Assembly: GCA_031256725.1 (NCBI GenBank)
Contig: JAIRQE010000021.1
Coordinates: 150,001 to 182,000, forward strand
Source of the DNA: Propionibacteriaceae bacterium
GTDB lineage: Bacteria; Actinomycetota; Actinomycetes; Propionibacteriales; Propionibacteriaceae
Direction: 5' to 3'
DNA: 32,000 nt
Position 1 is the first letter of the stretch. Every line of letters starts with the position of its first letter. A model generated the notes under the pieces. That model saw only the letters and a list, made by a program, of their open reading frames with translations, made no database searches and had not been told where the DNA came from. The position numbers and the translations under genes were made by a program. This document shows, piece by piece, positions 24,546 through 32,000 of this stretch.

Positions 24546-25919
24546 TCAACACCCGTCCGACGGAATGGGAGCACTAGCTGGGCGGGTTGTGCGCGCCTCC
24601 ACACATTGGTCGGCCTTGTTCTGGAGTTCGTGCACGGCGATATATGCCTGATTGAGGCCACCAGTCTTGATGGGGATTACTGAGACGACTCGGTTTCTCC
24701 ATGAATAGGGGAGATCCTCAAGATGGATGTCAGTAGCTTCATAGAGCCAGGAGGTTTTAATCCCAGCAATATCACCAGGGAGTCCCTGGTAGATGGCAAC
24801 AACATCGTTCTCATTGGAGATGTAGTACTGGTTGAGGACATAGGTACGAAGCCCCCAAGCGGCCCCAGTCAAACCAAGGACAATCAGGAAGGCTATGAGC
24901 CAGGGTATCCAGCGGCGTCTCTTGAATGAAGGAGAGTAACGTCGCCTCTCCCTCAAGGTGATGGTCTCATGCTCATCTATGTCATCCGTCGCATTGTTCG
25001 TAGGTTGATCCCCTGGAGTGATGGCCGCCTTGATCCGGGAGATGACCTTGGGATCGGCTGCCGCACCAAGAAGACCAGTGGTGGCGAAACCTTGAAGTGG
25101 AAGGGATTCTTGTTCAGCCAGAAGTGAAGGATCAGGGGTGAAGACAATCGTGTGTTCCCCAGTGTCGGCCTTGGGTTCCCCAGGTGACTGAAGGGTTTTC
25201 ACCTCGACGACATCCGCGATGATGATGGTGATATTGTCTGAACCCCCTGCGGCGTGAGCCAACTCCACGAGGGTTATCATGGCATCAGTGAGTTCGGAAA
25301 GACTCATAGCAGTACAAATGGTGCTATCGTCCACAAGGCCACATAGGCCATCGGAACAGAACATCACGCGATCCCCAGCAGCCAACTGGGTTGTGAAGAA
25401 GTCGGGCTTAATCTCAGGCTGTCCGTTGAGAACCTTGAGAAGGAGGGAACGATGAGGATGGTTCATCGCTGCATCCTCGTGGAGTTTCCCGTCATCAACC
25501 AGGGATTGTACATAGGAATGATCATGGGTGAGACGGTGAAGGTTCCCCTCCGCCAAAACATAGCAACGGGAGTCCCCAATGTGGGCGATATGCATTTCAT
25601 CACCATCGAAGACACCACCACATATGGTCGTACCCATGCCGTCCAAACTTGGATTCGTTGTGATCATATCCCCGAGTTCACCATTGACCTCGAAGATCGC
25701 TTCCTTCCAGGATTTGAGTGCCTCTGAACCAGTTTGTGGATCATCGGCTAGTCGACGGAGGTGACGTACTGCTACTGCGGAGGCGAAATCCCCAGCAGCG
25801 GCACCACCCATGCCATCAGCAACAAGCATCATGGATGTGGAGACATAGCCGGAATCCTGGTTGGACTTTCGGACCAACCCAATTTCCGAATGGGCAATCG
25901 GCCGCAGTGTGAGAGTCAC
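24546..25919 (-). CDS. pstP: PP2C-family Ser/Thr phosphatase PstP (membrane anchored)
   Basis: 457 aa from a GTG start overlapping the fhaB stop by 1 nt. PP2C motifs are RKSNQDS, VADGMGGAAAGD, DGLCGLVDD and GGSDNITIII. A single TM (WIPWLIAFLIVLGLTGAAWGL) and an extracytoplasmic domain follow. Confidence 0.93.
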   Translation of the reverse strand: MTLTLRPIAHSEIGLVRKSNQDSGYVSTSMMLVADGMGGAAAGDFASAVAVRHLRRLADDPQTGSEALKSWKEAIFEVNGELGDMITTNPSLDGMGTTICGGVFDGDEMHIAHIGDSRCYVLAEGNLHRLTHDHSYVQSLVDDGKLHEDAAMNHPHRSLLLKVLNGQPEIKPDFFTTQLAAGDRVMFCSDGLCGLVDDSTICTAMSLSELTDAMITLVELAHAAGGSDNITIIIADVVEVKTLQSPGEPKADTGEHTIVFTPDPSLLAEQESLPLQGFATTGLLGAAADPKVISRIKAAITPGDQPTNNATDDIDEHETITLRERRRYSPSFKRRRWIPWLIAFLIVLGLTGAAWGLRTYVLNQYYISNENDVVAIYQGLPGDIAGIKTSWLYEATDIHLEDLPYSWRNRVVSVIPIKTGGLNQAYIAVHELQNKADQCVEARTTRPASAPIPSDGC

Positions 25920-26413
25920 TAGATCTCCAACCTCATTTGTACTTCGCCGATGCGGATAACATCATTCACACCAACTGTAGTCGGGTGGGCGATTCTTTCC
26001 GCATTGACGAAGGTTCCGTTTGTACTCCCAAGGTCTTTCAGGAACCAGCCACCCTCTTCACGGTGGCTGAGCATTGCATGCATAGACGAGACATAGTCAT
26101 CATCAAGGACTAATTCGCAGGCTTCTGAACGACCAATGCGTACCTCTGGTACGAGTTGAAGTCGATCTCCAGCGTGAATACCGGAGTCAATCGCCAAAAC
26201 CCAGGGCTCCTTCTTGCCACGCTTGGTCTTCCGAGAATCGGGAAGGGGTGGAAGATCGACATTGTCTGTTCGCCGCTGGCGGCTACCAATCATGTCGGAG
26301 TTGATGACCGCAGCCACAAGCAAGATGAACAGCCATAGGATCGCCAGGAAGGCGATCTTCAAGACTAGAACAGTAAACTCAGCCACATCAGCTCCCCGAA
26401 GGGGCATAGACAA
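25919..26413 (-). CDS. fhaB: FHA-domain protein FhaB/FipA (membrane anchored)
   Basis: It has an N-terminal TM (FTVLVLKIAFLAILWLFILLVAAVI) and a C-terminal FHA domain (IGRSEACELVLDD...HAML...LKDLGSTNGTFVN). The true start may be GTG 26386, just after the fhaA stop, rather than 26413. Confidence 0.9.
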   Translation of the reverse strand: MSMPLRGADVAEFTVLVLKIAFLAILWLFILLVAAVINSDMIGSRQRRTDNVDLPPLPDSRKTKRGKKEPWVLAIDSGIHAGDRLQLVPEVRIGRSEACELVLDDDYVSSMHAMLSHREEGGWFLKDLGSTNGTFVNAERIAHPTTVGVNDVIRIGEVQMRLEI

Positions 26414-27095
26414 GCATCTGTGTTTTGCCTATGTCTATCCGCGATCCATCCCTCAGTGGAGCCTCTTTAACCTTGCGTCCGTCGACGAGGATTCCGTTTG
26501 TTGAACCAAGGTCGACGATCTTAACCGACAATGCTGATCCTGTACCTGTCACCACGAATTGCGCGTGATTACGGGAAATACCGGGATCGTTGATGCGAAG
26601 ATCTGCTTCTGCACCGCGGCCGACGACGAATCCTGGTGGGGTGAGGGGGTGGCGTACTCCGTTCACCTCAACGACGAGCTTGGATGAACGGGTACTCGAA
26701 GAAACACCTGAGGGTCGATCCACGGAGGCTACAGTTTTCGAGGAAACATGGAATCGACCGACGGGAAGATCAGGACGCTCTTCCAAAGCTATCGTGATGG
26801 CGCCATTGAAGATGTACTCATGTTCGGCAGCATATTCACGTAGGTCAGCAGTGATTTCAGCCGTCATAGTTTTAGAGTACGGAAAGAGCCTAGCGTAGTC
26901 ATGCTTGGACAAGGAGATGAGAAAATCATTGGGGACGAGGTACTTGTCCTCGCCAAGGATCTGTGCCTGGGAGTCGAGTTCCTTGCAGAGTTGGTGAGTG
27001 ATCTCGACTGGTTGCACATCTCCTTTGAAAGCGCGCGCAAAGACCCCACCAATGGCACCTTCGAGCTTCTTTTCGGCAAGGGAGAAGATTCCCAT
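26388..27095 (-). CDS. fhaA: FHA-domain protein FhaA (DUF3662 N-terminal domain plus FHA)
   Basis: 235 aa with a strong SD GGAAGGAGGA. The N-terminus MGIFSLAEKKLEGAIGGVFARAF is typical of FhaA. The C-terminal FHA domain reads VVGRGAEADLRINDPGISRNHAQF...DLGSTNGILVDG. Confidence 0.92.
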   Translation of the reverse strand: MGIFSLAEKKLEGAIGGVFARAFKGDVQPVEITHQLCKELDSQAQILGEDKYLVPNDFLISLSKHDYARLFPYSKTMTAEITADLREYAAEHEYIFNGAITIALEERPDLPVGRFHVSSKTVASVDRPSGVSSSTRSSKLVVEVNGVRHPLTPPGFVVGRGAEADLRINDPGISRNHAQFVVTGTGSALSVKIVDLGSTNGILVDGRKVKEAPLRDGSRIDIGKTQMLVYAPSGS

Positions 27096-27206
27096 TGACC
27101 ATCCTCCTTCCTCAGAGCATACCTATCGCAGTGTCCATCCTACCTAATCCATCCAGTCACCATGGGATACCTGATGGGAGTTTGCCATTCTTGGCTCTGA
27201 TGAAGG

Positions 27207-30002
27207 CTACTCGTTGAGGAGTCCTCGGATCTCGGCAGCTTGGGAATCCCGTCCAAGAGAATCCAGGGTTTCGGCAAGTTTGACAAGGATGGATCTGCGA
27301 AGGTTGAGGTTGGTAATCTCACGTTTGCGGGCCTGATGCCACAGATCCACCCCAGATTCACTCTTGCCTGATTTTACGAGAGTTAACGCAGCGAAATGCT
27401 CATTTCGAGCGGCACCATCATGGTCGCCCAGATCATCATATTTGTCGCTGGCTTGAAGAAAGAGTGCCACTGCCTCATCGTCATGATCAAGGTTTCCTAG
27501 GATCTGGGCCTTTGCTTCAAGAAGGTTGTTGATCTCAGCGGGGCTTTGGTGATCGGTAGATAATGCGAGCGCTAGGTCAATGTCTTCGATTGCACCGGAG
27601 TCCTCAATTTGGGATTTGGACAGGCCCCGACCGTGGAGAATATCCACCTGAATGCAGCATATATTGTCATTGTCTTCCAGGGCTTCCAAGGCCATGTCAT
27701 AGCTTTGACATGCTTCTTTGTGCGCGTTGAACCACCTCAGTACATTGGCTTGGCGGCAGTAATTCTCGGCAGCAGCAAATGGCCTGTCGGCCTCAGCCCA
27801 GTAGGCGGCTGCAGTCCTATAGGTGTTCACGGCTCGCCCAGGCTCATTGGCCACCTCAAAGGCCCAGCCAAGGGGGCCACAGATTGCAGCCTTCTCAGCA
27901 GGGGTATCATTCTCAGCCTCGCCCAGAGCCTCCCAAAGGTACTCCACGGCTTCCTTCCCATGGCCACTATTGGCCAAGGCCGTACCGATTCTGCATCTCA
28001 ACTCCCGTGTAGGCAGTTCAGCATTCACCGCAGCCTGGAGTCCGGTACGAAGTCGGGTCAACTCGTCATCAAACCTCTGCATATCATGGTAGAGAGATGC
28101 CGCCAGACTGGCCTTCGACACCACCGCCGTATTGACTCCATACATGGAATAGATTCTCAGGACTTCGTCTGCATACTGGATCGCCTGGGTATATCGACCC
28201 TGGTCAGCAAGTAAGGCAGCAAACCCAGAGTACAGAGCAGCCTTATCCCCGACAGTCAGCTCCAACTCTTGGATCTGTTCACAGATTTCTAAGGCTGTTA
28301 AGTTTTCATCCAATCTCACATGGGTCGCCACCATACCCCATAGCAAATTCGCGAGAATCTCTGGATGTACCAACTCCCGGGAGGCCTCAAAATACTGGAG
28401 TGCCAGTCTGTACTCTTCCTCGCTTTCGCCGCAAGTGAGATAAGTATTCCCAAGACTGCGCAGTACCGTACCGAGCGCAAAACCAGCACCGCCAGCTTCA
28501 AGCCGTTCTATTTCAGCCTTGAGAGCAGGAATAGACTCAGGGGTGGAGCGGTATAGGTCGAGACCCAAACGTTCCTCAGACTGGGCTTCCTCAAGGCGAT
28601 TGTTCGCGATCATGATCTCCTGTCGCAGACTCATCCACGTGTGGGCACTGTGATCATCCTCAAGTTTGAGTGAGGCTCCAATTGCCAGGCTGAGGGCAAA
28701 GGTTTTCAGTTTCGCTTCCCCGTCTAGCGCTTTCAATGCGGCTTCACGTGACTCGGAATACAATCCCGCATAGACGAGTACCTCGGCGTAATCGAGCCAT
28801 TCCTGAGGAGAGGTAGGCTCTGCTGGAGTACTAGGGATCAGGAAGGTATGGGTCTTGATAGGGAGGTCATAGTGCTCATCTAGGAGGGCTTTGGTTGCCG
28901 CCAATCCATCAGATGCAGAGGTATTACCATTCCTGGCATTGAAGGCTTCACCGAGTTTGTGGGCCGCACTCCAACAGGCTTCAGCCAGTTCCGTGGCCAT
29001 CCATGGGCCAACGTGTCCCCCAAAGAATTGTTCAAGAACAGGATTTTCGGTACCTCGAATAACCTGTTCCCCGTAGCCTGCCCTTGTCACGGCATCAAGG
29101 AGTACCCCACAGGCACCCAGCATAGACATCTGTGCTTTTTCATTGAGTTGGTCATGTACGAGCCACGGCAGGTGTCTTTCAAGGATGTTGAGTCCTCGTG
29201 CTTCATTGCCTGTGACAGCACAGAATTTGAGAGCCTCAGTGATGGTACCAATGCGGTCCGGATTGTCGCGAGCCTTGCGATAGGAGGTGAGATGAGCATC
29301 GAGGCCACCCTCAAGTCGTCCAGCACGTAACTGTGTAATTGCTGTGTGGGCAAGGACATTCCCTGGTTCATCTAGACAGGTCATGTTCTTTTCTAGAATC
29401 TCATCAAGCAGGGTGAGGGCAAGGTCTTCCTCATCATTTGATACGGCGAATCTGGCAAGTGTGCTCTGGACACAAGCTATGCAATCAGAGTGGGAGTCTC
29501 GTGGTGTGGCCAGATGTTCAGCTCTGAGAAGACGAGCCTTGTCCATGTCCCCAACGCTCCATGCGTGTGCATACCTCTCCATTACCACACCGCTCATCCC
29601 GAGATTTGCTCGACGGTAATGGTCCTCCATGTCGTCCAGCATGGCTTCGGATTGGGCAAGTGAAAAAACGGGGGAAGAATCCAGTGGGGAGATCATCCAT
29701 TTGAACTGCCATAGAAGGTTCCTGTTGGTGGCAGTGGTCTGAGAGCCAAAGACCAAGGGATCTTCGTCGTACTTTGCCAAACACCATGCGAAGTTTGAGA
29801 GTTGAGCATCTGTATCACCAGTGTGCGCAGCGCATGAGGTGATGTGGTACCTCACATCGAACTCCAAGAGTTCCTCACCCAATTCATGGGTGAGGATCAG
29901 TGCACGATCAAGGAGTTGACGCTTCTGGAGACTATGGGGGAGTTGGAGTGCTTCGTTGACAAGATCTTCTATTTCACGTACGCCACTGCTGGACATCATC
30001 AC
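27207..30002 (-). CDS. Large TPR/helical-repeat protein of unknown function
   Basis: 931-aa ORF starting at GTG 30002 or ATG 29999/29996, with SD GAGGGA. It appears all-helical. The C-terminal ~500 aa consist of TPR-like units such as LGNTYLTCGESEEEYRLALQYFEASREL and AALLADQGRYTQAIQYADEVLRIY. I see no TM, signal peptide, Walker A or catalytic motif. Confidence 0.8.
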   Translation of the reverse strand: MMMSSSGVREIEDLVNEALQLPHSLQKRQLLDRALILTHELGEELLEFDVRYHITSCAAHTGDTDAQLSNFAWCLAKYDEDPLVFGSQTTATNRNLLWQFKWMISPLDSSPVFSLAQSEAMLDDMEDHYRRANLGMSGVVMERYAHAWSVGDMDKARLLRAEHLATPRDSHSDCIACVQSTLARFAVSNDEEDLALTLLDEILEKNMTCLDEPGNVLAHTAITQLRAGRLEGGLDAHLTSYRKARDNPDRIGTITEALKFCAVTGNEARGLNILERHLPWLVHDQLNEKAQMSMLGACGVLLDAVTRAGYGEQVIRGTENPVLEQFFGGHVGPWMATELAEACWSAAHKLGEAFNARNGNTSASDGLAATKALLDEHYDLPIKTHTFLIPSTPAEPTSPQEWLDYAEVLVYAGLYSESREAALKALDGEAKLKTFALSLAIGASLKLEDDHSAHTWMSLRQEIMIANNRLEEAQSEERLGLDLYRSTPESIPALKAEIERLEAGGAGFALGTVLRSLGNTYLTCGESEEEYRLALQYFEASRELVHPEILANLLWGMVATHVRLDENLTALEICEQIQELELTVGDKAALYSGFAALLADQGRYTQAIQYADEVLRIYSMYGVNTAVVSKASLAASLYHDMQRFDDELTRLRTGLQAAVNAELPTRELRCRIGTALANSGHGKEAVEYLWEALGEAENDTPAEKAAICGPLGWAFEVANEPGRAVNTYRTAAAYWAEADRPFAAAENYCRQANVLRWFNAHKEACQSYDMALEALEDNDNICCIQVDILHGRGLSKSQIEDSGAIEDIDLALALSTDHQSPAEINNLLEAKAQILGNLDHDDEAVALFLQASDKYDDLGDHDGAARNEHFAALTLVKSGKSESGVDLWHQARKREITNLNLRRSILVKLAETLDSLGRDSQAAEIRGLLNE

Positions 30003-30025
30003 TCCCTCATTGGAATTGTCTCTTG

Positions 30026-30790
30026 TCAGGATACTGCTTGCCAGCCTTGTAGCCGTGAAATTCCCGTGGCAGCCGATTGTACTGCTACAGCCATAAGATC
30101 GAGGCGGATGGTTGAAGCGGGGCCTGAGACCGAGACTGCGCCAAGGACCCTCTTCTTCTCGCCGAAGATGGGAGCGCCGATGCAGCTTATACCAACCGAG
30201 TGTTCTTGGCGGGAGAAGGCAACACCGGTTTGGCGAACCTTTGCCAACTCGTGGCGAAGTTGCTCCTCATCAATGATGGAATGGGGGGTGAGGCGGGGAA
30301 GACCCCTGGCAAGGATTGCATCAGTGATCTCGGGGGGAGAGAAAGCCAAGATGGCTTTTCCTGCGCCAGTGACCGAGGCTGGTAGGCGTCCTCCTGGTCG
30401 TGTCCACCTTTGGGCAAGGACTGTGGGACGAATCCGATCCAGGAAAACAACGTCGTGATGATCCAGAACGGCAAGGTGGGTTGCTTGGCGGGTGGCGAGG
30501 GCGAGATCGGACAAGAAGGGGGAGGCTGATTCACACAACCCACGTTGGTACTGTGCTTGGCTGCCGAGTTCCATAACCTTGGATCCAAGTCTGTAATGTC
30601 CATCTGGGGTTTGCTCTAGAGCGCCCAACTCCGTTAATTCGCCTACGAGTCGATACACCGTTGAGCGGGGGAAACCAACCCTTCGCGCTAGCTCTGCTGC
30701 GGAGAGTTCCTTGTCTCTGGATTGGAAGGATGAGAGTACAGCAAGCGCGCGCGCTATGCCGCTTATCCCCGCTGACTCTTCGCTAGTCAT
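30026..30790 (-). CDS. IclR-family transcriptional regulator
   Basis: The start is ATG 30790, with the track start 30817 possible. The wHTH reads LSAAELARRVGFPRSTVYRLVGELTELGAL. The IclR effector domain has GVAFSRQEHSVGISCIGAPIF. Its stop lies only 23 nt before the TPR gene. Confidence 0.9.
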   Translation of the reverse strand: MTSEESAGISGIARALAVLSSFQSRDKELSAAELARRVGFPRSTVYRLVGELTELGALEQTPDGHYRLGSKVMELGSQAQYQRGLCESASPFLSDLALATRQATHLAVLDHHDVVFLDRIRPTVLAQRWTRPGGRLPASVTGAGKAILAFSPPEITDAILARGLPRLTPHSIIDEEQLRHELAKVRQTGVAFSRQEHSVGISCIGAPIFGEKKRVLGAVSVSGPASTIRLDLMAVAVQSAATGISRLQGWQAVS

Positions 30791-30910
30791 GCGATGATGA
30801 TAGCATTTGTGAACCATGAAGGACGCTTCGCCACACGAAATTCCGAAAATTTCAGGGCATTATCTCAAAAAATGGAACAACTGGCCGTTGTCTAGTAGCT
30901 ATCGATTATC

Positions 30911-31000
30911 AGTGTCGGGGGATGTACTCGTGACACTGCCACCCAATCGGCGTGTCAGGAATCGCTTTCGGTGTCACTGGATACGTCCTCCCCGACACAC
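30911..31000. promoter_or_regulatory. About 90-bp imperfect nested palindrome carrying five phased GTGTC/GACAC motifs
   Basis: Outer arms are GTGTCGGGGGA (30912-30922) and TCCCCGACAC (30989-30998). Inner arms are GTGACAC (30930-30936) and GTGTCAC (30971-30977). An extra GTGTCA lies at 30952-30957. Motif spacing is about 20 bp. The element sits between the stop of the 31016 gene and the iclR promoter region. Confidence 0.4.
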
Positions 31001-31015
31001 TCCACCCACAAGGTT

Positions 31016-31603
31016 CTACGAGTTCCGTGGTTCGATCAATGGTGGTGAAGCCACTGGTAATTGATTGTGAGCGAAGGAGTACCCCTGGGCGCTGCCAAAG
31101 ACAACAGGATTTGTACTAGATCCCTTGATTGAATAGGCCCACTGACCCTCAGCGTTCTCAATCCAATAGGTCCAATAGGCCGCTGCAGGTGGGGTATTGA
31201 CACAGACTTCGGTATAAGAGTCCTGTCCAGGAATGGGGATCACTTGATCAACAGTGGGGTACCCGTTCAAGCGACAAATGAAATGGGGGGAGTTCGACGG
31301 TTCGAGAACAGTGATACCGAGGGCGTTGAGGGCATCAAGACCAGTCGCACCCTCATGAAGGTTGTAAGCGCACCCGATGGTCGGGTCTGGGCCCAGGTCA
31401 CCGTAATCCACGATGACCGTGACAGCATTGTGGTCCTCTGACGTGCAATATCCTGACTTTCCAGCCCCGGATGGTGGTGGGGCGACGCAGGAATTCAGCA
31501 AGGGGAGTACCACTGTGATCACCAGGGCAAGACCCCATCTCGCGGGAGTAGGTTGTTCGCGAGGGGTACAGCCCGTGGACCCAGGACCCGACCGGGGAGC
31601 CAC
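31016..31603 (-). CDS. Putative lipoprotein, DUF4430-like
   Basis: The likely start is GTG 31603, overlapping the upstream stop (TAGTG), because the track ATG 31684 would overlap the upstream gene by 82 nt. The signal peptide has the lipobox LLNSC. The C-terminal AAYWTYWIENAEGQWAYSIKGSS...GSAQGYSF resembles DUF4430. The family call is tentative. Confidence 0.6.
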   Translation of the reverse strand: MAPRSGPGSTGCTPREQPTPARWGLALVITVVLPLLNSCVAPPPSGAGKSGYCTSEDHNAVTVIVDYGDLGPDPTIGCAYNLHEGATGLDALNALGITVLEPSNSPHFICRLNGYPTVDQVIPIPGQDSYTEVCVNTPPAAAYWTYWIENAEGQWAYSIKGSSTNPVVFGSAQGYSFAHNQLPVASPPLIEPRNS

Positions 31604-32000
31604 TACTTCCGCCTGGATGCTAGGACTCTCCAGACGATGATGGCTAGGGATAGCAAGACGATCCCGCCAACAACTCCCAACCAAATGGGTACAGCAATTC
31701 CCGTGGCTTGGGTGGGTGGCTCAGAGGTACTCTCACACATAGGTCCAGGTACATCGACGACAAGGGTGGGTACAGTGGTATCAGCCACTGGAATGAATCC
31801 GATCAGTCCGAAGATGCCTTGGGCGCCAGCCTGGAAGAGTCCAACCTGAATGTCAAGGGAGTATGGGTTCGTAGAAGTGGATTCAAAGGTGGCAGTATCC
31901 AAGGCCATGGCTCCAGCAAGGTCAGATCCTGCCTCGCAATCAAAGATGAGAGAGGTAAGGAAACTCTTGGCCTTCTCCAGGGATTCGGTGTAGTCCTGAC
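31603..32000 (-). CDS. C-terminal part of a membrane- or wall-anchored surface protein (partial, continues beyond the window)
   Basis: I translated the frame upstream of the track Met (31908) and it stays open to nt 32000 (...QDYTESLEKAKSFLTSLIFDCEAGSDLAGAMALD...). The C-terminus is a hydrophobic helix IAVPIWLGVVGGIVLLSLAIIVW followed by the basic tail RVLASRRK. Confidence 0.65.
   Translation of the reverse strand, partial: QDYTESLEKAKSFLTSLIFDCEAGSDLAGAMALDTATFESTSTNPYSLDIQVGLFQAGAQGIFGLIGFIPVADTTVPTLVVDVPGPMCESTSEPPTQATGIAVPIWLGVVGGIVLLSLAIIVWRVLASRRK

Noticed and set aside
27207-30002. Idea that the 931-aa TPR protein is a STAND/AAA-type NTPase (defence or signalling ATPase with TPR sensor)
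   Set aside because: I found no Walker A ([AG]xxxxGK[ST]) or Walker B. The only GKS (VKSGKSES near the C-terminus) lacks the upstream Gly/Ala and sits within the helical-repeat region.
1-32000. Search for CRISPR arrays, transposases/IS ends, integrases, phage genes, toxin-antitoxin pairs or known defence-system enzymes
   Set aside because: I found no direct-repeat arrays with spacers. No ORF has nuclease, recombinase, reverse-transcriptase, helicase or methylase-restriction motifs. The window reads as conserved core chromosome apart from the small tRNA-flanked segment.

Overview
The window looks like core chromosome of an actinobacterium (Actinomycetales-like gene content, roughly 50-55% G+C by eye). 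Its backbone is the conserved cell-division and morphogenesis locus on the minus strand. That locus reads fhaA-fhaB-pstP-rodA-pbpA-pknB (19.5-27.1 kb), followed by crgA and a tightly coupled crgA / Zn-ribbon protein / GT87-like / PIG-V-like envelope glycosyltransferase unit (16.2-19.4 kb). A convergent O-antigen-ligase-like gene faces that unit. The left half carries a heterodimer-type ABC exporter pair, a DUF1905 protein and an unusual 745-aa tandem-duplicated (eukaryote-type) phosphofructokinase. It also carries two tail-to-tail two-component systems (a NarL type and an MprAB-like OmpR type), a GalT/HIT-like protein, a DedA/VTT protein and tRNA-Thr(CGU). After the tRNA come an orphan ORF, a stand-alone MurE-like ligase, an RlmA-family 23S rRNA methyltransferase and a small HTH protein. 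The right end has an IclR regulator and a 931-aa TPR protein co-directional with fhaA, then a DUF4430-like lipoprotein and the C-terminus of an anchored surface protein. I see no CRISPR array, transposase, integrase, phage module or recognisable defence genes, so I cannot point to a clear novel system. The observations most worth a second look are: (1) the fused PFK; (2) a recurring GTGTC..GGGGA..GACAC motif family confined to three intergenic regions, including the pfk and iclR upstream regions; (3) the IclR-TPR pair grafted onto the Fha/PknB operon; (4) the crgA-linked GT-C cluster with an AT-rich ligase-like gene. All family calls come from motif recognition by eye, and no database search was possible.
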